Below, in pieces: positions 8,364 to 15,170 of a stretch of DNA of 32,000 nucleotides. A program made the position numbers and the translations under genes. Below the pieces are notes generated by a model. That model did not search any database. It had not been told where the DNA came from and worked only from the letters and a program-made list of their open reading frames with translations. Each line of letters opens with the position of its first letter. Position 1 is the first letter of the stretch. Source of the DNA: Candidatus Saccharimonadota bacterium (GTDB lineage: Bacteria; Patescibacteriota; Microgenomatia; UBA1406; GWC2-37-13); the NCBI GenBank assembly GCA_016432445.1, contig CP066689.1, positions 120,001 through 152,000 on the forward strand, given 5' to 3'.

Positions 8364-10217
8364 ATGAAAAAAATAATTACTATAACCGTTATAAGTTTTA
8401 TAACCATTATAACGGTTATGCAAACAAATGCAGTTTTTGCTCAACAGCCAGCTCAATCACAACGCTGGGTATGTCTTGATGCCAAATGGTGTAATGATCA
8501 AAACAGCGGTTGTTCAAAGAGAGATGCTCATAGAGCTAAGCTTAGCGTAAAACAAGATGTTAAGCCTTTGGCCAACTCCGATTCTTACGTTATTGAATGT
8601 CTGGCAACGCAGGGAGGCCAGATTTGCACTACAGGAAACAGAGATACCGATAGAAGAGTTTATGGTGTTGATACTACAGGAAAAACTAATGTAGAGAAGT
8701 TATCATCAGTGGTTCAGTATAGATTTGAAGGAATATTCCAGTCTGATGGCACTGCGTTGGCTCCTAATCCTTCCAGGAGCAACAATGCTGGGATTATCGG
8801 TCCATTTGAATGGCAAAGTTATACTCCATCTACCATATCGAGGAAATTCATTGCCCTAAATTATTTCACCCAAAATAACGTAACAGGTAGTGAGGGGGGG
8901 CAGCAGCAAGGGACTTTTAGTTTCGAAAATGCCTCTAGAACTTGTGTTGCTATAAACTGGGATCCATATGGTCGGGTCTTTGATAGTCAGACGCTTGAGC
9001 CTATACCTGATAGTATCGTTACTTTACTCCAGAAAAGGCAAGATGACTCTTTTAGCAGAGTAATTGCGGATGATATTTTAGGCGGCAATATTGAGAATCC
9101 TCAAACGACAAAAGAAAATGGAGCTTTTAGTTATGTTGTACCAGATAATATTTATAGAATAACTGTTTCAAAGTCTGAGTATATTTTTCCTAATGTTTTA
9201 ACAAAATTAAATCCAGCTTATTCTAGGATTTATTCAGATATTTATCGTGGAGAAGAAATTATTCAGCAAGGAAGGATACAGCATCGAGATATTCCTTTAG
9301 ATCATGTAGGCAGTGGAAAAACTTACCCAATGGTTATAAATTATTTTTACGAAACTGACAAGGTAGGAAAAGGAATAATTGAAGGGCAATCATCTCATCC
9401 TTTTGTTTTAATTAAGGCATATAGCGTTAAAGTCAACTCTTCTGTCGGTCAAGCAGAACCATCAAGAACACGCTATCGATTGTTAAAAACAATAAATGCC
9501 GATAAAAACGGAAGTTTTAAAATAGAAATTAATCAGTCAAATTTTGAATCAAATGAGGTCTTTGGCGAGATAGAAGTTCAGAAAACTGATTTATTAACTC
9601 AAAGTTCTGTTTCTCAAAATTTCTTCGAAAAAATATTATCACCAGTCCAAGCCGCAGAAACAACGACTTTGAAATTTGAGCCGATCCCTACTTATATTGA
9701 AGGGTTTACCTATGTTTCTGGTCAGGTTATGCCTAGTACGAAAGTTGGTGTTTACTTAACTTTCTCAGAGAAACCTTATTATGAAACACAATCAGATGAG
9801 AAAGGTTACTTTAAAATAAGTTCTGAAAATCTGCCAACCATGCCTTATAAATTAAGATACGGCTTAGCTGGTTTTCAAACTACTGTTTCAACTTCAAAAT
9901 TTATTGCTCAAAATGCTAAATATATTGGTTCTAATAACATTAAGGTTAATACTTTTCAAGATATTAATGGTAAAACTCAGATTACTTCGTCACCATCTCC
10001 AAAAAAAAGTTTATTTCCGACATCAACGGTAAATAAAAATTATTCTAACGATCAGAAAAACAAGGATTCTCAACAGTACAACGCTAATCCTTCATCTGTG
10101 CCACAATCAGGCATGCTTTTGATATTGCTTATTATTTTAGTACTTTTAGGCGGAGCAGCTTTCCTTCTTGGTTTTTATCTTTACAATAAAAACAGAATGC
10201 CTCCTCAAATGATGTAA
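8364..10217 (+). CDS. 617-aa secreted surface protein with Cys-rich N-domain, carboxypeptidase-regulatory-like beta-sandwich and C-terminal sorting-like signal
   Basis: Signal peptide MKKIITITVISFITIITVMQTNAVFAQQ. GRVFDSQTLEPIPDSIVTLLQ is CarboxypepD_reg-like. The C-terminus has VPQSG, a TM helix and a basic tail (YNKNRMPP). Confidence 0.65.
   Translation: MKKIITITVISFITIITVMQTNAVFAQQPAQSQRWVCLDAKWCNDQNSGCSKRDAHRAKLSVKQDVKPLANSDSYVIECLATQGGQICTTGNRDTDRRVYGVDTTGKTNVEKLSSVVQYRFEGIFQSDGTALAPNPSRSNNAGIIGPFEWQSYTPSTISRKFIALNYFTQNNVTGSEGGQQQGTFSFENASRTCVAINWDPYGRVFDSQTLEPIPDSIVTLLQKRQDDSFSRVIADDILGGNIENPQTTKENGAFSYVVPDNIYRITVSKSEYIFPNVLTKLNPAYSRIYSDIYRGEEIIQQGRIQHRDIPLDHVGSGKTYPMVINYFYETDKVGKGIIEGQSSHPFVLIKAYSVKVNSSVGQAEPSRTRYRLLKTINADKNGSFKIEINQSNFESNEVFGEIEVQKTDLLTQSSVSQNFFEKILSPVQAAETTTLKFEPIPTYIEGFTYVSGQVMPSTKVGVYLTFSEKPYYETQSDEKGYFKISSENLPTMPYKLRYGLAGFQTTVSTSKFIAQNAKYIGSNNIKVNTFQDINGKTQITSSPSPKKSLFPTSTVNKNYSNDQKNKDSQQYNANPSSVPQSGMLLILLIILVLLGGAAFLLGFYLYNKNRMPPQMM
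8379..8420 (+). repeat. 9-bp-periodic (G/T)TTATAAC array (copy B)
   Basis: Units start at 8379, 8388, 8397, 8406 and 8415 (ACTATAAC, GTTATAAG, TTTATAAC, ATTATAAC, GGTTATG). Confidence 0.8.
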
Positions 10218-10269
10218 TTTAGTCAAGATTGTTGAATATAGTCCATAGATATCTTCAAAAAACTATCTT

Positions 10270-10275
10270 TATAAT
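10270..10275 (+). promoter_or_regulatory. Candidate -10 box (TATAAT) 5 nt upstream of the comM ATG
   Basis: A perfect TATAAT with no SD between it and the ATG at 10281. The -35 is weak. Confidence 0.3.
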
Positions 10276-10280
10276 GGCGT

Positions 10281-11810
10281 ATGCTAGCAAAAGTTTTCTC
10301 AGGAACAACAATCGGTCTTGATGGTGTTTTAATTGATGTTGAGGTTGACGTTGCCAATAGAGGATTTCCAACATTTACGATTGTCGGCTTGCCAAGTAAA
10401 GCAGTTGATGAAGCTAAAGACCGTGTTAAAGCGGCTATAGTTAATACTTCTTTTGAGCTTCCTGACTCAAAAATTACAGTTAATCTTGCCCCGGCTGATA
10501 TCCCCAAGATGGGATCAAGTTTTGATCTGCCTATGGCTATTGGAATTTTGGCGGCGTCAGGGATAATTAATCCTGATCTTTTAACCACAAGTTTAATTAT
10601 CGGCGAATTATCCTTGGAAGGAAACATAAGAAAAGTGCCTGGCGTAATCTCCATCGCTTTGATGGCTAAAGAAAAAGGGATTAAGAGTCTTTTTATTCCT
10701 TCATCTATCGCCAAAGAAGCAACTATTGTTGAAGGAATTGCAGTCTATGCAGTATCTAGTTTGCTTGATCTCATTTTACATCTAAACAGTCAAAAATTAT
10801 TAACTTCTTTGGAGAGCGAAAAAATTGAGTACAATAAGGAGAATGAAGAAAAAGGCGTAGACTTTAGTGATATAAAAGGTCAGCAGCAGGCAAAGCGGGC
10901 TTTAGAAATTGCGGCGGCTGGTTTTCACAACATTCATCTCACGGGTCCGCCGGGTGCTGGTAAAACGCTTTTATCCCGTGCTTTTCCATCAATTCTTCCT
11001 TTCATGGAAAAAGAAGAGATTATGGATGTATCCAAAATTTACTCAGTGACAGGTTTAATGGGAAACAATAATTTTATTTGTGAAAGACCTTTCAGGTCGC
11101 CTCATCACACGACGTCAAGAATCGGACTTATAGGTGGAGGGACTCATCCTACGCCCGGTGAAATTTCTTTGGCCCACCGAGGAGTACTTTTTTTGGACGA
11201 ACTGCCTGAGTTTCCTCGTTCAGTTTTAGAATCTCTTCGTCAGCCTTTAGAGGATGGTAAAGTGACGATATCACGAGCTAATGGTAGTTTAACTTTTCCT
11301 TCAAGATTTTTACTGCTTGCCGCCTCAAATCCTTGTCCCTGCGGTTACTTAGGTCATCCAAAGAAAAACTGTAATTGTTCGCCTTCATCTTTATCCAAAT
11401 ATAAAAAAAGGATCTCAGGACCGTTGCTTGATCGTATAGATTTGCACATTCATGTGCCGCCAGTTGATCAAGATAAACTTTCGGGTGATGAAAAATCAGA
11501 ACAAAGCAGTCAGATTAGAGAGCGAGTGGTTAAAGCGAGAAAAATACAAAACAAAAGATTTAAGTTAAAAAGAATTAAAACTAATGGTGAGATGAGTCAG
11601 ATTGAGATAAAAGAATCTTGTCAGTTTACTGAGGGAGCCAAACAATTTTTAAGACAAGCCATATCTCAGTTATCACTTTCTGCTCGGTCTTATTTTAAAA
11701 TAATTAAAGTAGCTCAGACAATAGCTGACTTGAATGAAAGAGATGTGATTGAAGAAGTTTTTGTAGCTGAAGCTTTGCAGTTTAGGAAAAATGATGAATG
11801 GAGTAATTAA
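10281..11810 (+). CDS. comM: YifB/ComM family Mg-chelatase-like AAA+ ATPase
   Basis: It has a Lon-protease-like N-domain (GLDGVLIDVEVDV), Walker A (GPPGAGKT), Walker B (VLFLDELPEF), a Cys cluster (CPCGYLGHPKKNCNC) and a C-terminal ChlI-type domain. Confidence 0.9.
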   Translation: MLAKVFSGTTIGLDGVLIDVEVDVANRGFPTFTIVGLPSKAVDEAKDRVKAAIVNTSFELPDSKITVNLAPADIPKMGSSFDLPMAIGILAASGIINPDLLTTSLIIGELSLEGNIRKVPGVISIALMAKEKGIKSLFIPSSIAKEATIVEGIAVYAVSSLLDLILHLNSQKLLTSLESEKIEYNKENEEKGVDFSDIKGQQQAKRALEIAAAGFHNIHLTGPPGAGKTLLSRAFPSILPFMEKEEIMDVSKIYSVTGLMGNNNFICERPFRSPHHTTSRIGLIGGGTHPTPGEISLAHRGVLFLDELPEFPRSVLESLRQPLEDGKVTISRANGSLTFPSRFLLLAASNPCPCGYLGHPKKNCNCSPSSLSKYKKRISGPLLDRIDLHIHVPPVDQDKLSGDEKSEQSSQIRERVVKARKIQNKRFKLKRIKTNGEMSQIEIKESCQFTEGAKQFLRQAISQLSLSARSYFKIIKVAQTIADLNERDVIEEVFVAEALQFRKNDEWSN

Positions 11811-11816
11811 ATACTC

Positions 11817-11845
11817 TTGACAAAAATATTAAGGTGGAGTAATCT
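11817..11845 (+). promoter_or_regulatory. Candidate sigma-70 promoter TTGACA-N17-TAATCT
   Basis: The -10 ends 7 nt before the ATG at 11853. AAGGTGGAG in the spacer could alternatively act as an SD if transcription starts further upstream. Confidence 0.4.
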
Positions 11846-11852
11846 TTGAAAT

Positions 11853-12251
11853 ATGTTTCCTTATAAAAAAATAATAATTTTCTTGATTTTATTGTTTGTA
11901 AATATTTTTTTAGTGTCTAATGTTAATGCTCAAACAGATGTTAAAGTAAATTTACCTTTTCAAATTCCTACACTTGGTGACCTTTTGACTTTTATTATCC
12001 GTTTCTTTTTTGCTGTGGCCGGATTAGTTGCTCTGATATACCTTCTTTTGGGAGCTTTAGCCTGGATTACATCTGGCGGCAATAAAGAGAATGTTGATAA
12101 GGCCCGAGAAAAAATTCAAAATGCCATTATTGGCGTAATCCTTATTGTTTTAGTTTTAGCTATTATTTGGACACTAGAGCAAATAGTATTCGCTCAGAAA
12201 ATTTGTTTTGGAATCTCCTGTCCATTGAGTATGCCAACCTTATTAAAATAA
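11853..12251 (+). CDS. TrbC/VirB2-like (type IV secretion pilin-like) small membrane protein
   Basis: Signal peptide (VNAQTD), TM1, a short polar loop (TSGGNKENVDKAREKIQNA), TM2 and a Cys-containing tail. This is the architecture of VirB2-type pilins. Confidence 0.5.
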   Translation: MFPYKKIIIFLILLFVNIFLVSNVNAQTDVKVNLPFQIPTLGDLLTFIIRFFFAVAGLVALIYLLLGALAWITSGGNKENVDKAREKIQNAIIGVILIVLVLAIIWTLEQIVFAQKICFGISCPLSMPTLLK

Positions 12252-12267
12252 CTTTGAAAAATAAAAA

Positions 12268-12609
12268 ATGGTGGCTCTCCCGGTGTATGCACAAGTTAGA
12301 GAATGGGGATCATGCGTAGTTGACGGCGTACCTACTTTAAAATGTTTAGAAGTAATCTTTGGTAATATTCTTTTTTTATCATCAGCTCTTATTATCTTGG
12401 CTCTTTTTATTATGTTTCTTGTGGGGTCGTTTAGCTATCTGACTTCTTTTGGCAATCCGGAAAAGATCAAGAAAGCTCAAGGAACTTTAAAATATGCTAT
12501 TATAGGTTTAGTTTTATTTTTAAGTTCTTATCTTATTCTTAAAACTATTGATTTTATTTTCCTGGGAAATCAGAATCTGATTTTCAACTTCAGCCTTCCA
12601 GGTCCTTAA
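12268..12609 (+). CDS. Second TrbC/VirB2-like pilin paralogue
   Basis: Same TM1-loop-TM2 layout (LTSFGNPEKIKKAQGTLKYA) with a very short signal-like N-terminus (MVALPVYAQ). It is in tandem with the preceding gene. Confidence 0.45.
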   Translation: MVALPVYAQVREWGSCVVDGVPTLKCLEVIFGNILFLSSALIILALFIMFLVGSFSYLTSFGNPEKIKKAQGTLKYAIIGLVLFLSSYLILKTIDFIFLGNQNLIFNFSLPGP

Positions 12610-12612
12610 GTA

Positions 12613-12762
12613 TTATTTTGCTGGAGTGACAAAGATTACTTTGACGCCTTTTTCTTCAGGCACCGGTGAGATTATTCTTCCTTTATCCTGAATTAAGTTA
12701 TAGACAACAAAGATAAGAAGGGAGATCCCAATACTGATGAGGATATAGCCTACAAGTTTCAT
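12613..12762 (-). CDS. Unannotated 49-aa single-pass membrane protein, translationally coupled to the GT2 gene
   Basis: Hand translation gives MKLVGYILISIGISLLIFVVYNLIQDKGRIISPVPEEKGVKVIFVTPAK. Its ATG (12760-12762) overlaps the GT2 stop TGA (12759-12761) as ATGA. It falls below the ORF-track size cutoff. Confidence 0.4.
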   Translation of the reverse strand: MKLVGYILISIGISLLIFVVYNLIQDKGRIISPVPEEKGVKVIFVTPAK

Positions 12763-13688
12763 AGATTTACTTTTTCTTTAATAAGATACTGCGGCCTTTT
12801 TTGAATTTCTCTATATATTTTAGTGATATATTCTCCAATAATACCAATAGTAATGAGCTGTACTCCGCCTAAAAACATAATCCCGACAAATAAAGCTGTC
12901 CATCCGCTTACCCAGTAAGCAGGCAAAAATATTTTACCCAAAACAGCATAAATAATTCCTAAGAATCCAATTGAAGCGCTTAAGAAACCTGCAATTGAAG
13001 CTAAGCGCAAAGGTTTAGTTGAGAAAGAGGTCAATCCATCAAGAGCAAAGTTCACCATTTTAGATAAAGGGTAATGGGTACTGCCGGCATTTCTTTTATC
13101 TCTTTCAAAAGAGACATACTCTATGGGGTATCCGCCCCAAGCGACGAGACCTCGTAAAAACCGCGAATGTTCAGTTAAGCTGTTTAAAAACCTGACAACT
13201 TCTTTATCCAAAAGTCTGAAATCGCCAACTTCCTGAGGAATAGGAGTATCAGATAAAGTGTTAATAAATTGATAAAATATTTTGGCGGTCAACCTTTTGA
13301 ATAAATTGTCTCCCTGTCTTCGGTCCCGCCGGGCATAAACTATTTTAGCTCCTTTTTTCCATTTATCAATCATCTCAGGAATAATTTCTGGAGGGTCTTG
13401 AAGATCAGCATCTAAGCTTACTACGCAGTCGCCTTTAGCGAAGTTATAACCACAGCTTAAGGCGGCCTGGTGGCCAAAGTTGCGGTTAAAGGAAATAAGC
13501 TTTATTTTATTATTTTTTTTTGACTGAAGTTTAATTTCCTCAACTGTGTTGTCAAGGGATCCATCATTAACAAAGATTAATTCATAATTATACCGATCTA
13601 TTGAAGATACGATTCTGCCAATAAGAGGCAAAATATTCTCTTTTTCATTAAAAACAGGAATGACAATGGAGAGAAGAAAAGTATTCAT
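12759..13688 (-). CDS. GT2-family polyprenyl-phosphate glycosyltransferase (ArnC/GtrB/DPM1-like) with two C-terminal TM helices
   Basis: Motifs LSIVIPVFNE, VNDGSLDNT, DADLQDPPE and a C-terminal TM pair. The start is placed at MNTFLLSIV (13688) rather than the ORF-track start at 13733. Confidence 0.85.
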   Translation of the reverse strand: MNTFLLSIVIPVFNEKENILPLIGRIVSSIDRYNYELIFVNDGSLDNTVEEIKLQSKKNNKIKLISFNRNFGHQAALSCGYNFAKGDCVVSLDADLQDPPEIIPEMIDKWKKGAKIVYARRDRRQGDNLFKRLTAKIFYQFINTLSDTPIPQEVGDFRLLDKEVVRFLNSLTEHSRFLRGLVAWGGYPIEYVSFERDKRNAGSTHYPLSKMVNFALDGLTSFSTKPLRLASIAGFLSASIGFLGIIYAVLGKIFLPAYWVSGWTALFVGIMFLGGVQLITIGIIGEYITKIYREIQKRPQYLIKEKVNL

Positions 13689-13828
13689 GATAAATTTTAT
13701 TGGCAGATACAAGACTGCATCTGCCTTCGGCAAATTCTGCTTTAGATCGAAGACGGATGCAGTAATGTATCCGTCAAAGGCAAGTACAAGGCTATACCTG
13801 CCAATGCAAGGCGCAGAATTGTGCCTTG
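13689..13828 (-). other. Highly structured ~140-nt element between the tRNA-Met-like gene and the GT2 start (candidate cis-regulatory RNA, ncRNA or MITE-like insertion)
   Basis: Read on the minus strand, the helices are GACGGAT/ATCCGTC (7 bp), GGCAGAT/ATCTGCC (7 bp), GGCAGGTA/TACTTGCC (8 bp with one GU) and long-range AATTCTGC/GCAGAATT (8 bp). Competing pairings are CTGCATC/GATGCAG and TTGGCAGGTA/TATCTGCCAA. Confidence 0.3.
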
Positions 13829-13899
13829 TTACGGGGCCGGGAGTTGAACCACGGTCTAGAAGATTATGAGCCTTCTGTGCAACCGTACACTACCCCGTA
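13829..13899 (-). tRNA. tRNA-Met-like (anticodon CAT) with a defective T-stem; possibly a pseudogene or unusual tRNA
   Basis: Hand fold: acceptor TACGGGG/CCCCGTA (7 bp), TA, D-stem GTGT/GCAC with loop ACGGTT, anticodon stem GAAGG/TCTTC with loop CTCATAA, variable region TAGAC, and T-loop TTCAACT. The T-stem CGTGG/CCCGG has two mismatches. No CCA is encoded. Confidence 0.5.
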
Positions 13900-13929
13900 A
13901 AATATGTGCTAATTATATTAGAAAAACCT

Positions 13930-14277
13930 CTATAAGTCAATTTTGAAAAATGTGTTCCACCACTGGGCGTAGACTGGTATAGGAGTGGGAGTTATCATAA
14001 CTGGAGTGGGTGTAGGATTGGGTAAGACGATAGCTACTTCATTAGATTTTAAAAGATTCAATTTGTTTCTTATAATCTTTTCTATTTGGTTGGGATCATT
14101 GCTTTTAAGAATTTGGGTTTTAAGAGAAGTGTTTTGTTTTAAAGCTTTCTCATAGTCATTCTTATAATCCTCATAAAAAGAGTAATTTTTTTTGTACTCA
14201 AAAAAATTTTTGATAAGTGAGGTGAGCAAGAACAAAAAAAGTAAAAAAACCAAGATTTGCTTAAAAAGTTTCATCAA
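13930..14277 (-). CDS. Septum formation initiator (FtsB/DivIC family) protein
   Basis: N-terminal TM helix, then a coiled coil, then DPNQIEKIIRNKLNLLKSNEVAIVL, the typical DivIC C-terminal motif. Confidence 0.7.
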   Translation of the reverse strand: MMKLFKQILVFLLFLFLLTSLIKNFFEYKKNYSFYEDYKNDYEKALKQNTSLKTQILKSNDPNQIEKIIRNKLNLLKSNEVAIVLPNPTPTPVMITPTPIPVYAQWWNTFFKIDL

Positions 14278-14300
14278 AAAAAGTATACCAGAACAGTAAG

Positions 14301-14747
14301 TCAGATCTTAGATCTTAGATCTTTGAGGGTTTTCATAATCCGGGAGGGGTCAGCTTTGTTTTTGAGCTCCCGCATGACAATGCCAATTATTGCTTTTGGA
14401 TCACGATTGTAAACATCTTGATTAACATTGATGACTTTTTCAATTTCTTGTTTTAAAGCTTCTTCAGATATCTCCTCAGGCAGATAAGATGAGATAATTT
14501 TTTTTTGTTCTTCAGACTGGCGGGCTAAATCTTCGCGTGCGCCTTTTTTAAAAGCATCAATAGACTCTTGAAGTTCTTTGTTTTGTTTGCGAAGAAGTGA
14601 GATAACCTCCTCATCATTTAACTCACTTTTTTTGTCAATCTCTTTGTTTATAATTTGTGCTAAAATATAACGAAGGGTTTCAAGAACAGTTTTATTGCCT
14701 GATTTAAGTGCAGCTAATTGATCATTTTGCAGTTTTTGTCTTAACAT
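14301..14747 (-). CDS. GatB/YqeY domain protein
   Basis: MLRQKLQNDQLAALKSGNKTVLETLRYILAQI... matches the YqeY family throughout. The start is set at the ATG at 14745-14747 rather than the hydrophobic upstream extension. Confidence 0.85.
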   Translation of the reverse strand: MLRQKLQNDQLAALKSGNKTVLETLRYILAQIINKEIDKKSELNDEEVISLLRKQNKELQESIDAFKKGAREDLARQSEEQKKIISSYLPEEISEEALKQEIEKVINVNQDVYNRDPKAIIGIVMRELKNKADPSRIMKTLKDLRSKI

Positions 14748-14763
14748 TTCATTATTATAGTCT

Positions 14764-15162
14764 ATGAAAAAAAATAATGGCAATGACATCATTGAAATGA
14801 TGACTCATTTTCAAAAGAAAATCCTTGAACAAAAACCTTCACTAGACAAAATGTTTGAAGAGATCAGAATGATGAAGTTTAAGATCCGGCCTTTAAACGG
14901 GGATATTTCTTTACTTGATCTCAAAAACAATCATTTTATTGAGATATTATGGAGTTTAGGTAAGCTTGATGAGTTTTTTCAGTTCCAGTATAAAAAAGTA
15001 TCAGTACACAAGCGATCCTTATTCATTAAATTATTTGATGAAATGCATGATAAATTTCAGGAAGATTTAAATAATCTTAATCTTAAGCCTGAAAAATTAC
15101 CAAGCACAACTTCAGCCTTTGAGATGGAAATTTTTAAAGAAAGAACTCAGCAAAGCAACTAA
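14764..15162 (+). CDS. Hypothetical protein (132 aa)
   Basis: An intact ORF in an otherwise unoccupied interval. I recognise no motif. Confidence 0.4.
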   Translation: MKKNNGNDIIEMMTHFQKKILEQKPSLDKMFEEIRMMKFKIRPLNGDISLLDLKNNHFIEILWSLGKLDEFFQFQYKKVSVHKRSLFIKLFDEMHDKFQEDLNNLNLKPEKLPSTTSAFEMEIFKERTQQSN

Positions 15163-15170
15163 AACTTCTT

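Noticed and set aside
7604-8420. The 9-bp repeats as a CRISPR array or other intergenic repeat
   Set aside because: The units are contiguous with no spacers, only 9 bp long, and lie inside coding sequence. No CRISPR array or cas gene is visible anywhere in the window.
10223-10714. 163-aa minus-strand ORF
   Set aside because: It is entirely antisense to the well-supported comM gene and has no recognisable motifs; it is a shadow ORF.
13700-13760. Possible SRP (4.5S) RNA, because AAGCAG...AAGGCAGATG recalls the E. coli 4.5S segment GGAAGCAGCCAAGGCAGAUGA
   Set aside because: No GGAA/GNRA tetraloop is preceded by the conserved CAGG/GGUCC 5' strand, so the helix-8 symmetric and asymmetric loops cannot be drawn. 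The similarity is limited to about 10 nt.
13660-13869. 69-aa plus-strand ORF
   Set aside because: It runs antisense through the GT2 start, the structured element and the tRNA-like gene, and its composition is driven by RNA helices.
13689-13899. tmRNA or T-box leader interpretation of the tRNA-like gene plus the structured region
   Set aside because: It is far too short for tmRNA and no tag ORF or resume codon is evident. The downstream gene is a glycosyltransferase rather than an aminoacyl-tRNA-related gene, and no T-box sequence or terminator/antiterminator with a U-tract is visible.
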